A DNA stretch of 64,000 bases from Octopus sinensis (Eukaryota): positions 24,676,001 to 24,740,000 of the forward strand of contig NC_043016.1 in assembly GCF_006345805.1 (NCBI RefSeq), given 5' to 3'. The notes beneath the pieces were generated by a model, which made no database searches, had not been told where the DNA came from, and was given only the letters and a program-made list of their open reading frames with translations. The translations under genes and the position numbers were made by a program. The stretch's first letter is position 1; every line of letters starts with the position of its first letter. This document shows positions 1-13,633 of this stretch, piece by piece.

Positions 1-2
1 AA

Positions 3-239
<237 letters not shown>

Positions 240-1242
240 TCATTAATATAAATTATTACATCAAATGCTAAATAGACAGACCAGAGTTCTGATATCGTAA
301 TTCAGAAATATTTGGAAATTTTGAATCCTTGTTAGTTAGTTATTCAAATGGTAAATAGCATTTTAAAAAATTGCTGTATGATACTTTTATAAGTTCTAAA
401 TTTGTTACAATAAGTGATTTGATAAACAATGAAATAATTCAGAATAAATTTAAAACATTAGTAAATATTATGAGTTACTTAAATTAAGTGTTAAGATTAT
501 GATTTTTTTTCCTTTTTTTGTTTTTGCATTAGGCATATCAAGTCATATGCTAGTAAAGCTAAGCATCTTGGCAATAGTTAAAATACAAAACCAACAAAGG
601 GAATGTAGACATGTTAGCCAGAAGCCAAGTATCTGGTACATTATTTTGTCAACACATCCACAAACAATAAAAATATCCTAAAATTAATTCCAGTATTAAT
701 AAAATCAATATTAGCCATTGTAATAAATCCAATTACACAGCTACTCTTCTTTCACTCACAAGATTAAGTCTTATGCTAAAGAAAAAAGATATTTTCACCA
801 CTGATTTTAACAAAATTTAAATTAAATTTATCTTGCTTTTAATTTGCTCTTTAAATTGCAGAAAGTTCAACATATCACTGATTAATGTGTGTGAGTATAT
901 ATATATATAATTTGGATAATATGCATGTATATACATAATCTAGCTCAGATGATTGTAAAAATGTGTACTGACAACTTCCAGAGGAAGTTGCTCTAATAAC
1001 ACAAATAGCATAACATTCACACATACATTACTTTACATAATCAAAAATATATATTTGCTATTTTATCATTTAGACAAAACACAAAAACTAAATAAATAAA
1101 TAAAAGCTACTATGACAATTATTTTTGCAGTAAGAAACTATATAAGAAACTTGTATTATATAAGAATTTGTATCAATTTGTGAGCAACTATAATATTAAG
1201 AAGATGAGTAAATAGTTAGTTTCTAAATGTAAAACAACTTAC

Positions 1243-1251
1243 CTCTTATCA
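1243..1251 (-). CDS. KLC: Candidate 9-nt microexon (TGATAAGAG), adds DKS before TPR6
   Basis: tttctgtttcactattttatcacag|TGATAAGAG|gtaagt; open in the phase-2 frame of this intron and frame-preserving. Confidence 0.55.
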
Positions 1252-4200
1252 CTGTGATAAAATAGTGAAACAGAAATTAACCTACAAACATTTTTTTATT
1301 TGTTTATTTATGGTATTCAAAACAAATTCATAATTAAAAAATATTCTACAACTAAATACGAGAGCTTAATGAAATGTAGACAACTTTCTCAAGACCATCT
1401 ATAAGTGATTATGATAAATGAGACATAAAGTGAAAGTAAGAGAATAAAAGCAGAAGTTTTCAGAGTTCTAGAATGGAATTACATGGGAAGCCCTGCAACA
1501 CATTGCATAATAAGAGCTCCATGTGAAGACTAGGACAAGTAAGTTTGGTTTGAGTTCACTCAAGATCTATCAATAGGAATTGAACTCTTCACTGCTAGCT
1601 ACTAATAAACCCACTGAATAGTTCAGTGTTGCCTGCAGCCACAACAGAGAGATGCACTTTCATGTGGTGCCAGATTATAACGTAAGAAAATGCTGTTTGA
1701 AAGAAAACTTTTATTGGCATGGGTACGGCACTTTGTTGGCAACAGGATTTGAACTTCTGACCTTCTGAGTACTAGTTCTGACTTTTGAAAATGGAATAGT
1801 AATGAAACAAAAGCAAAAACAGCAAAAATATAAATGAAGGAAATTACAATTATGAAGTGTGGACACTATATATGGATCAGTAAGAATGATGTGCAGTTAA
1901 AATAGGGGGGGTATGTGTTTTATTGAATATGATGCGATGAAGACAGGGTGATAGAAATAAGTTTAGATATAGTGGAAAAGAAGAATAAAGAATAATATCT
2001 GAGCCTGAAAACAAAAAGATCAAGTTCAGAAAGTTTTATAAAGAGTACATAAATAAAATCTGCCTCCACTAAGAGGTCTTTGCTTAAACATTTTCATTTT
2101 GGTTTTTCCATGCTGGTATGAATGGAATGGCTCTGCAAATTCAAACATGTCAAAGATTGTTGGAGAAGGTGTCTATGGATGCACATTCTAATGTGAACAA
2201 TTGCCCAATAAAAGAAAATCTAAAGAGATAACCTTAATTAGATGAAGAAATTTTAGAGATTGCTAAACTGTCTACAGAAAGCCAAGTCCATAATGAAAAC
2301 AGAAAAGAGACTCTTCACTCCATTTCCCATTCTCTTACAACTAATGCATACATGCATACTTCTTCCATTAAACTAATCATCTGTAATAAACTAACAATAT
2401 ATATACTACATAACCAACCTCACACTCAATGTCATAAATAATAAAGGTACTTAGGTATACAATTATTGTTTTTGTTGCTATCATTGTTGTCAATAATGTA
2501 ACATAAAAATATATTTCAAACTATTAAAAAGAACTAAGCAATTGACATTTATCCATGCAAACCACTCATGCATGTCACATCCTTTATTTGGTCAAGAAAA
2601 GGTTTCAAATTTAAGAGTGATTCCAAGCTCTGTCCCTCCCACTATAATAAATATAAGTTATTTGAAAAACTCTCAGCATAAACTATTTGTTATCCTTTTA
2701 AATATTAATGGATACTTGAAATCAAATAGTGTGCTACAATCATTTCTATATGCTGGGCATCAGTGTAGAGTTTGTGCTCCACGAGATTTTATAACTGCAT
2801 ACTCTTCATGCAGCTAAGGACTCAATGCTGGAGTAAAGTTGCACACATTTTCAACCTGTCACATTAAATTAAACAGAGTAGGCTGACTACCACATAAATA
2901 TATAATATCTGTAGTTATAAGGATCAAACTCAGATTTTGTATCTAGATTGCATAATACAATCTTTCAGACATGTTATTCGCATTTAGGAATAACTTTCAA
3001 AATGGAACAACTTTCATGTTCCTTGCAACTGTTCTACCACAGGCTGCATAAATTATATATTTCAACAGCAATAAATTTTATTGATATATTCAGATGTATC
3101 ATGTATATTTTTTAAAAACAGTACTTATACTAATATTGAATATTTTGATGTCTGCAATGAAATAAACAAAAATAATGAAAGGAATTTTATTGTGAAAATA
3201 ACTGAATTCTAATCCTGCCACTTTCACAATTATTAATTGCTTCCATTTGTTTATTCATCCATAGAAATATCCCTGGGAAATGGTTTCTTAGAAGTCAGTC
3301 AATTCTGGTTGCACTTTGTAAATTTTTTAATTGTCTGAAAAGAGTCCTTTGAAGCAAATTGCTAACTTTGGAAAATGTTACATGTCTCATGTAGCAATAT
3401 CATTGCTAAAGCAATTGAATGTACTTCCCCACCACCCTTAACAGACAGAGCTCAACACTGTAGCTAATCTGCTTTGCTTATGTTAGATGTAATGTTTGGA
3501 ATTTTGAGGCTGAATGTGCAAGATGTTTCACAGAGTTCAAGAATTTGGTAAAAGCTTGATTGCAATAACAATACAAGCTCATTATTAAAAAAAGATGACC
3601 TAGTTTTATATTTGATCATTTGAGTTTCATGTTAAATATGGGATAGCATCTATCATTTTATTTCAAGAAGACAATGGAAAAAAAATGTTTCATCTGTTAC
3701 TCCTTGCAGAAAAAACAATGGGCTCACTTACACAACTGAAATTCTGGTGTATATTTACTTCTATGTCACTTCTTTGGTGAAATCTCTGAGAATCAGTTTT
3801 GCACAAATTATTCTCATTTTCAAACATTTAGTTGAAACAGTGTGGCTGTCTAAACATTAAATTTAATTGTTACCACTGGTTAGCACAGTTCTTGTGAAGA
3901 CATACTTTCCTGACAACTAACTAAGATATTTAACACTGTAAAACCTGAACCCAGAATTAAACATTATCTTCAGAAACATTTGTATGTTTTGTTATACCTT
4001 TATAAAATTTCATTCAAAATTTGATGTAGTAGTGCTGCTGAAGATTCCTGATTTCCTATTGTGATGTCAGTCAATGAACTTGCTAAAATATTTCCCAATT
4101 AATTTGGCAAACAAATAATTAAAAGCAAGTTGTAATCAACCCAGTTATGTCAAAGAACAATGAAAAAAAAAAAGGTAAGCAGAAGATAAAATAACAGCAG

Positions 4201-4898
4201 CAGTGTTGTAACAAACAATTAGAAAAAAAATGTTTTAGTAATTTCATAACAGATGTAATACTTTCAATATAAAACATTTTATATTGAAGCAATGATGATT
4301 AGTAATTTGCAATCAGAAATTAAAGATATCTGTGCATGATTTATGAGTGCTTGCAATGGACCAACAGTTGCTATAGGTATAAAACGTTTTTTCTTTCTTT
4401 CTTTTTTTTTTTTGATGGAGGGAGGGATGGGATTATTATTAATCACTGACGTAAATCGGAAGTGTACTTATTGCTGCTCGGAACCTATTCTGTTCTGAGA
4501 TTAGTTAGAAATAGTAAGAAACAAATCAAGTAAATTTAAACTGTTACAATTAATCTTAATTAAAGCTTCATATAAACTAATGCTTATAGTATAAATGTAT
4601 TAAAAAAAAAACAACTTAAAAAAGGAGAAAAACCCAAACATTCCCCCTTGACCAAATAAAGAAAAGTAACAATAATTAAAATAAAGAGTTGAATTTAAAA
4701 AATGTGTGTGTGTGTATATATATATATATAAAATGTGTATATATATAAAAATGTGTATATATAAAATGTATATATATATATATATATAAAACATGTGTGT
4801 GTGTATATATATACATACATATATATACACACATATATACACACACACACATATATATATATAGTAATTAAACTTTAATTTTAAAATTAAAAAAATAC

Positions 4899-4934
4899 CT
4901 TTGGTGTCTTATGGTGTCACATTGCTCCGAGATT
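4899..4934 (-). CDS. KLC: Candidate 36-nt cassette exon, (R)ISEQCDTIRHQ(S)
   Basis: ctgatttgctttctag|AATCTCGG...CACCAAAG|gtattt; open only in the phase-2 frame required by the flanking exons (the other two frames have stops). Confidence 0.55.
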
Positions 4935-5719
4935 CTAGAAAGCAAATCAGACAGAAGTTTGAATAAAATATGAATTATAATCCAACTTCTTTATTTCCAA
5001 CTGCAAGAAAACATTTTCGCTAGTCTCAGAGCTATGAGATAAATGCTTACTTGCTGCTTTGCTTTTTTTTTTTCTTTCCACCTTTTTTTTTTTAATATTT
5101 TTTTTTTCCCATCTTTTTATCATCTGTTTTTCCATGCTGGCATGGTCAGAGGATCCAGCTCAATAAAATGGACCCATATTAATAATTTGTTCAATTTCAT
5201 GTTGCTATAACAACTTCATTTCACTCCCCCCCCCCCACTTGTAATTGTGCACAGGGATGAAGAAAATATTTTCTTAATTAAAAAAATAAAATAACCAAAA
5301 ATACAAAACAGGAAAATCTTGTTTTCTTTTGTGTAAAGAAGAAATTAACTCCAGGTTTGTTTACAATTCTATTTTCCAAAGCAAAATAATACACAATTTG
5401 CAACATCCCGTTAAAAATTCCAATTAAAATATTGAAGGTCTTGTAATCAACACTAATTAATCCTAATTCTATAAATAAATAAAAAAAAAAAATCAATCTT
5501 AACTACAAAACTTATGGGATTAGTGTATAAACAAAAAAAAACACTATTTCATTTTCTTCGCATTATTGCTATTGTTACTAAGTTGTGTAAATGAGAAAAG
5601 AAATTTGTACTCTAACTGTTCAATTATGATTTGATATTTACAGTGAACCAGACATCATATTGCATGTTTTTGTATGTAATAGCTAAACATTTAAGAAATA
5701 ATAATAATAATAATAATAA

Positions 5720-6270
5720 TCCTTTTTACTATAGGCATGAGGCCTGCAATTTGGGGCATAACTGGTACTTATTTCATCAACCCCAAAAGGATGAAAGGCA
5801 AAGTCAACCATGGCAGAATTTGAACTCTGAACATAAAATGGATGAAATAATGTTAAGTATTATGCCTGGCGTGCTAATGATTCTGCCAGCTTGCTACCTT
5901 CAAAATAATAATTGCTTTTAACAAAACCAAAAATTTGAATGAAGTGGGGTTAGTCAATTACACTAATCCCAGTAAATGATCAATATTTTATGTTAACCAT
6001 AAAGGGCTGAAAGGCAAATCTGATCCTGGTGGAATTTGAACTGACAATGTAAGTACTAGAAAAAATACAAGACATTTAATCTGACATTGACGATTTTGTC
6101 AATCCACCATCCTAATCATTTGTAAATTAACATTGACACAAGGCCAGACAATTTAAAGAGGGTTTTGATAATATCAGCCCAATTACAGGACTGGTACTTA
6201 ATTTTGTCAACTTTAGAAGGATGAAAGGTGAAGTTGAACTGTAAAGAGCCAGAGCAAATATTGCATAGCA
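5720..6270 (-). mobile_element. Cluster of about 3 decayed Nin/Deu-domain SINE copies
   Basis: Repeated ctggtactta...aaggatgaaaggcaaagtc...gaatttgaactc motifs matching the young copy at 62944-63175. Confidence 0.7.
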
Positions 6271-8823
6271 CTTCTTCTCCAAAGCTCCAATACAGAGTAA
6301 CAATTATATAAAAAATGTAGACAAAGTCATTACATGATCGGCATTATGCTATTCTCAATAGAGACATATGAGTATTTTAGGCAATTGATTTTAAACAATT
6401 TAACTTGTTTTCTTAAACTACATTTAACTTGCACTGGAATCACTACCACTTCAATAGCTGGAAAAAGCAGTATAAGGTTTATATTAAGGTTAAAGACTAA
6501 TATAATTATAAATGGAAAGTGATATTAAAAGTGGTAAAGAGAAAAGATACCACTTATGACATGCTTGTAGTAAGAATGGCTCTTAACCACTTTGTTGATG
6601 TAGAACATAACACAAAGTTGTTTGTGCTAGGGTGCCCGCTCTGAAACAACCATTGTAGACTGCATATCACCTTTCATCTCTGCATTTTTTTTTTTGCTCT
6701 GGAAGCTGAGAAACATCCTGCTTAAAATGGGACAGAGTTGCATCTGCATCTGCTAGTGTCATGGCATGGGACATGTTGTCCAGGCTAGCAACTTGGCACC
6801 TAAAGTAGCAAATCCATGTGATAAGATAGCTTTTGTTATTGGATGGAAGACCCAGTTATGGTAATCACTGTCTAGACCTCCAAGTGGATAAAAGCTGGAA
6901 AAAGATTGTAAAGCAGGAAAGCCTGTATAACTCAGAAAGTGAGGAACTTGTCTTGGAAACTTCTACATCACTCCTGGAATGTACTACTAATCAGATTAGA
7001 GCACAAGTTCTTTCATTTCTTATCTCTCTCAGGCCAGTGGCAATGGAAGTTTTATCAAAATATACATAATAATGATAAAATAAGCATACTAAAACTAGGT
7101 AGTCTTGTAGCAAGAACAGAAGGCACTTGCCTTTAGTTTGTCAGGGTAATCTTGAATGGCATGGAGGACCCCCAACCTCCTAAATGGTCACTTGTCCTCA
7201 ATTTATGAAGATCCTTTCTTGTAATTACTATTTATCATTAACTACATATAAACATCTACTGCTTTGTTGATCTCATCCTTTTATGTAACAAACTCTCTCC
7301 ACACTGCTTCTAACTAGCATTTCACATTTGTGGTCAGAACAATAAAGTAAATTAACATGATTTTGTTCTTTTCTTTTTAAGATTAATAAAATAAATAAAT
7401 GATTATTATCAAATATATTCTCAAGTGTCATATGATAACACTACGCAATACATTGAGCAAGACATTTATAATTTCCTTCTTACAACTTTGTTATTGTTAT
7501 AAACAATTTGTGTAGTCTTTTCAGACGGAAGAGCTAAAATAGCAGTATGCTTTCTATAATAGTAGTATAAAGTTTGATAGATTAAAAATTATCTGTTTAA
7601 TATGTAAGTTAAAATATATATGCAAAAGTAAAAACATACCTGCACATACAAAGCACTGAAAATTCTCTCAACTGGAAAATACCCAGTACAGAAATTACTT
7701 TGAGCTAACTATAATGGGTTAAAAAATTTTATCATATACACACTTTTCTGTTTATTTAGAGTTAAAGTTAAAAAAAAAAAAAAGGAAGCTTTTATATTCT
7801 GTGTTAGTTGCTTAGAGGAAATTTTTGGTTTTATTTTTGCTCATATGAATAGGAACTTTTGCTAAGGCAGCTATTTTTCAAACATTTGTGCACAAATTCC
7901 TGTAAGTTTTTTTTCTTCTAACAATGTGCTTTATCCCTTTCACTCCTAGCTGTCTTCTGAGCTTTCAGAGCCATATCTAGCAGCCAAGAAAAATTTTATC
8001 AAGTGGTGGCTCAATGAAGTCCTGACTGCTTGAATTAAGCTATAAAAAAAGTGTAAACAAACTAGTAGATCGAAATGAGAGGTACTGCTAGTAGACAGAT
8101 ATAAAGAAAGACTTGTAGAAGATTAATTGAGTGTTAAAGTTAGGGTGCCAGTCATAGAAATGAACATTGTGTCCTTAAAAATACCTAACAGGAAAATGGA
8201 AATAGGACCCTTCCAATGAATGATGGAAAAAGTGTAGTTAATGTGATTAAATGCCAAAAAATTTGAAGTGGAAGCAATTAGTAGGTTTTCTTGAATTCTA
8301 TGGTTACATTTTAATTAAATGTCAGGATGTTTTCCCTGACAACTGGAATTTTAACAAAATACATACCATTCTTTTGCAAAGTTTATCAGTTAAAAAATTG
8401 ACTTAAGATAGTTGGAATTTGCAGAGTAAATGACTAAAGACAAAAAGACAGCAGGAAAAAGAGATCATGCAGACCTGACCCATACCAGCATGGGAAAACA
8501 GACATAAAAATGTTAAATTCAGCTACAATTTACAAATTTTTAAGAGAAGAATTTTCATCTCTTCTTTATAATAGCAAACAATGTTAAAATTTAGAAACAA
8601 AGGAAAGTTTATTATGAGTTTTACTCATGATGGTGTACATTTTTCAACAGAATAAATACTTGTTTAAAGTTATGTTACATTGTTAATACTCTTCTATTGC
8701 AAAATAGCCAAACAAACATGCAATGGAGATGAGAAAACAAAAACAGTAGTATATCATGTAAAAACAAGTGGTATGTGATGTCTAGTGGTAAAAATTTTAG
8801 GGCAAATATATAGTGAAACGAAC

Positions 8824-8891
8824 CTTTCTGCATTTTGAGTTTGGAGCCAACTACTAAAGTCTGGTTGTTGAGATACATCCTTATTATTTGC
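8824..8891 (-). CDS. KLC: KLC coding exon 12 (TPR5-TPR6 linker): ANNKDVSQQPDFSSWLQTQNAE(S)
   Basis: aattttcag acceptor, gttcgt donor; 68 nt, phase 0 to 2, exactly bridging exon 11 and exon 13. Aligns to the K-D-x5-(Y/F)-G-G-W...KVDS linker exon of other KLCs but is divergent. Confidence 0.85.
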
Positions 8892-10120
8892 CTGAAAATT
8901 AAAGCATTCAAAAATACAATCAAGAGCATAATTATAAACATAATTATTCTGTTAAGTTAAAAGAAATTCTCATTGTCTTCAACACACTAAATAGTCATTA
9001 TACAACATTTCTTTTCAAGAAAGAAGATAAAACTTATATGCAAAATGAACTTCTCATACTTAATGCTATTGGTCATTTAAAGACATTAATAACCACATGA
9101 AAAGTAAAGTGCATTTATGGCTGTTAAACACTGAAATAGTACTGGTACCTTTTTTTAGGATAGCCTTAGTCCTGTAGTAATTATTTTTCCATTATTATTA
9201 TTATTATTATACTTCAAAAAGATAAGTTATAATTGTCAAAATCTGACTATGAATAATTGCCAAATCAATGTGGATAGCAAAGAAATTTTAAGTAATCAAG
9301 ACTCTTTGGCTAATATTGAAATCAGCTTGCTGTAAACAGGGGCGACAACTCTAATCAAAATGGATAAAAAATTTTTAAAAAATTAGATCAATGACTAATA
9401 TTAAATTAAATTGAACTTTAGTAATAAAACAATTTTTAGCCTTATGAAGCTTCTTCAGTGAAGTAATGACCACCAAACTGCTAACGATATTATTATATGT
9501 ATGTACTGTAATGCACACAAGTAACCATAATAACATAACATAATGAATAAATGAAATTATCATAGAAATCACTTAGTAAGGTAACTGCTAACACAAAACA
9601 GTGATCAAAACCAATCATCAAGTAACAAATTAAACTTCAGGGAATTGGCAATAAAAATGATCAGCACAAAATCACTCCAACACACTCCAGCACATTATCT
9701 TCTGTCTGTCTCTTTTACCACTACTATAATGGCCTTTATTCTTCAGAGCTAGCTAGGCTCATGCCATCTTTCAGGTGCTCCTACCACATTCATCTCCTCT
9801 CCTCTTATCACTTTTGTTATGTTCAGCACCCAAGACTTGGTGCTAACTACTTGACCCAGTCCTTCTTTTCCAACAAGTCTTCTCCACACCGCACTCCAAA
9901 ATTCCCTCCCAGTTTTTCTATAGATGTAAACTTACATGGGTTTAAGATCATTAACAGCATTAACCTCCATTAGAAGGCCTGTTAAGGCCACAGGTACTAT
10001 GCCTTTCCCCAGACTCTGTAAGTCAAAGGGGAAAAAACAAACATAGTATATCAGCTCTGAATATAGAGAGCTTTATTTGATTGAACTTCTAGCTGAATTC
10101 TAAGAACTTGGATTGTAATA

Positions 10121-10123
<3 letters not shown>

Positions 10124-10174
<51 letters not shown>
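10124..10174. repeat. (TA)n microsatellite
   Basis: Direct reading. Confidence 0.95.
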
Positions 10175-10178
<4 letters not shown>

Positions 10179-10244
10179 ACTATATTGTTATTCAAATCGT
10201 AATTGCATGTAATGTTAGTTGGAATAAGAAAAAGCAGAACCAAC

Positions 10245-10294
10245 CTTGTTTTCCTCTCTTTCTTCAGCCTGCATCCAAATTGGTTTATTATCAT
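10245..10294 (-). CDS. KLC: KLC coding exon 11: (D)DNKPIWMQAEEREENK
   Basis: ttttcag acceptor, gttggt donor; 50 nt, phase 1 to 0; conserved NKPIWM.AEERE motif. Confidence 0.95.
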
Positions 10295-10453
10295 CTGAAA
10301 AGATACAATTAAATTACCAGAAAAAAAAATGTTCTCATTATTATTTTGCCATTCCTTTGCATATACTTGCAAAGGGACCCTGAATTACTTGTCAGATCAG
10401 TGATGAGTAGGTGTATGCTTTGTGTCTTTGTGGAGAGCAGAAGCTCATGTGTG

Positions 10454-10456
<3 letters not shown>

Positions 10457-10495
<39 letters not shown>
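10457..10495. repeat. (GA)n microsatellite
   Basis: Direct reading. Confidence 0.95.
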
Positions 10496-10498
<3 letters not shown>

Positions 10499-10536
10499 AA
10501 GAGATCTTCATTATTCTGGTTCTGTATAAAGTTTCA

Positions 10537-10746
<210 letters not shown>

Positions 10747-10919
10747 TCAGGTTTTTAAAGTTTTTTTTTTTTTAAAAAACAAATTTCCTAAATCTAGTAC
10801 TTGATTATTTAACAGAATTAAGTGTATACCATTAAAAGATGACATAAATCTCTACAATAAAGTAAGCAAGTGCATGGAGCAAGTCTTAATTGAGGAGCTA
10901 TGCCTGTTTTTATTGTTGT

Positions 10920-11250
10920 TTAACCCTTTTATTTACCGTACTGAAATATAATGTCTTTATTTCAATTAATGTTGAAGATAATGAAGAGTTTAGTAAAATA
11001 ACTTTACATTATTAATCTGGAATTTGGAACATAAATTAATATAAAATTTTAAAGGGAAGTTTTAATTGGGATCACTTTAACCCTTTAGTTTTTGTTGAAG
11101 TACACCATCTTCATATCAAATAAATTAGAAAATAATAAAGAATTGTCATTATTAAGCTGGTGCTTGGAAAATTAATTATCATGTAATTTTTATATAAGGT
11201 TTTAATTTAGATCTAGTATCAATACAACCAGAGGTAGTCTAAAGGGTTTG
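10920..11250. mobile_element. Decayed TTAA-type (piggyBac-like) MITE, two tandem or nested units
   Basis: Two ttaacccttt starts (10920 and about 11077) followed by similar internal sequence (attattaa.ctgg..tttggaa.ataaattaa), ending near aaagggtt; a related inverted segment lies at about 62480-62632. Confidence 0.45.
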
Positions 11251-12039
11251 GTTCTTCAGAACTACTTTTCTTTTTCCTAAGCAGAGGAAAGTATGGCTAC
11301 AATAATAAGTGTTTTAAAAGCAGAGAATTTAAGAACCTGATATAATTAAACAAATTTTTGAAAAAATATTTAGAATACTCAATTGAAGAATTCTAATGAA
11401 ATACTGGCTAGATCTAAAAGCAAACATTTTTCAAACTTTCATTTCCAACGACAAAATATTATACTGCAATAGCATTAATTTCCTCAAGTGCCCCATCTTT
11501 CACTTGAAATTACAATATGCTTCAATGCATTTCGTCAGATATAAATATAACTATGCTATATTTAAATAATTCAATTCATACATTATGGTAGTTTTCCAAA
11601 GTTTATCTGATATTTTATAGGTAATCTTAGTATTTGTTAAAAAGAATAAAAACTCGCAGTTTCACCAGCTTAAATAATCTTTACATTCTAACTATGCTAA
11701 ATATCCAGAAATATACATTCGTTATTAAACAACAGAGTATTTCATTTTCCTTTACATGTTTCAGTCACTGGACTGTGACCTATGATAAAGTAGCTTAATT
11801 TATCTAACAAGTCTTGGAAAGGAAATTAAAAGGCACAGTTGACTTAAGTGGAATTTGAACATAAAGGAATATCTATTTTAAACAGTGGAACTCAAAGTAG
11901 ATAAAATTATAACTAACAGAATGCAGAATACTGGGTTAAACATTTGGATGGAAAATGTCAAAGGTTGCACATGACACTTGAACCCACATCATCTCTCAAA
12001 TCCCTTTCTCATCCACAAGTTATACCCCCAATATTCTTA

Positions 12040-12273
<234 letters not shown>

Positions 12274-13045
12274 CTATAAAACAAAACATAACCAATACAA
12301 AATTTTACTAAAAATATAAAACAAAGTTTACTATTATGTTCAATTTTGATTTTTGAATAATTTTGTAAAAAAATAATTTGAAGGCTAATCATAAAACAAT
12401 GGGATAGTACAATATCCACTGCCTACATGTGTTAACCCCCTTTACATTTTATATTATTCACCAAAGAAAATAAAACTGTCAAGAATTAATTACTATAAAA
12501 ATTATTTGTTTGTTTAATGTTCATTTTCCATGCTAACATAGCTGACCACATTTTTCTTCTGTGAAATTCATTCAGAGAGTAATGCTTGTACTGGGAAGAC
12601 AGCAGCCCAAAAGGTAGTGCAATGTGGAATTCTATCTAAAACTATGTGGTAACTAAGTGACCACATTCCCATGCCTGTTGCTATCTTTGTACATTCTTAC
12701 AAAAGAATAAATTAAAAAAAAAAAGAAGGGCGTCAAATTTTCTGTAAATAAAAATAATAGCTAAAGTAATAAAATATTTTCAATAGCTTATAACTTGATA
12801 CTTAACTTATACATTATCACTAAATAACTTAATACATTATCTAACATGTAAAATCTAACAAAGGAAAAATTACATCAGCAAAATGCCTACAATTCTTTTC
12901 CTCTAGAATAACCGAAACAAATTTTTATGTATACTAAATGAGAATATTAACCTAGTAGTTGTTTGGCATACTGTTTTCTAAGAACGATCACTAGTTTGAA
13001 TAAATTATGAAATGCTATGACTGGGTAATTAGAAAGTCATGATTA

Positions 13046-13294
<249 letters not shown>

Positions 13295-13480
13295 TTAAAC
13301 ATAACAATTTTTAATGAATAAGTAATTTTCCATTATGCAAATAACTAAAAGAACAAATTAATGTATATGAAAATATCTTAAATATACACAAAACTTTAAT
13401 AAAATATTTAAAAACTTGAAATATCTATTTTCAATCTGTACTAAAATATTTCAATAGATTGTGTGGAAAATAGAAAACTA

Positions 13481-13633
<153 letters not shown>

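Noticed and set aside
610-650. Possible second copy of the linker exon (PD..GFWL-like)
   Set aside because: The motif pieces are in different frames and lack splice sites.
9149-9171. 23-nt AG...GT bounded segment as an extra exon
   Set aside because: No pyrimidine tract, weak donor and an immediate stop in the required frame.
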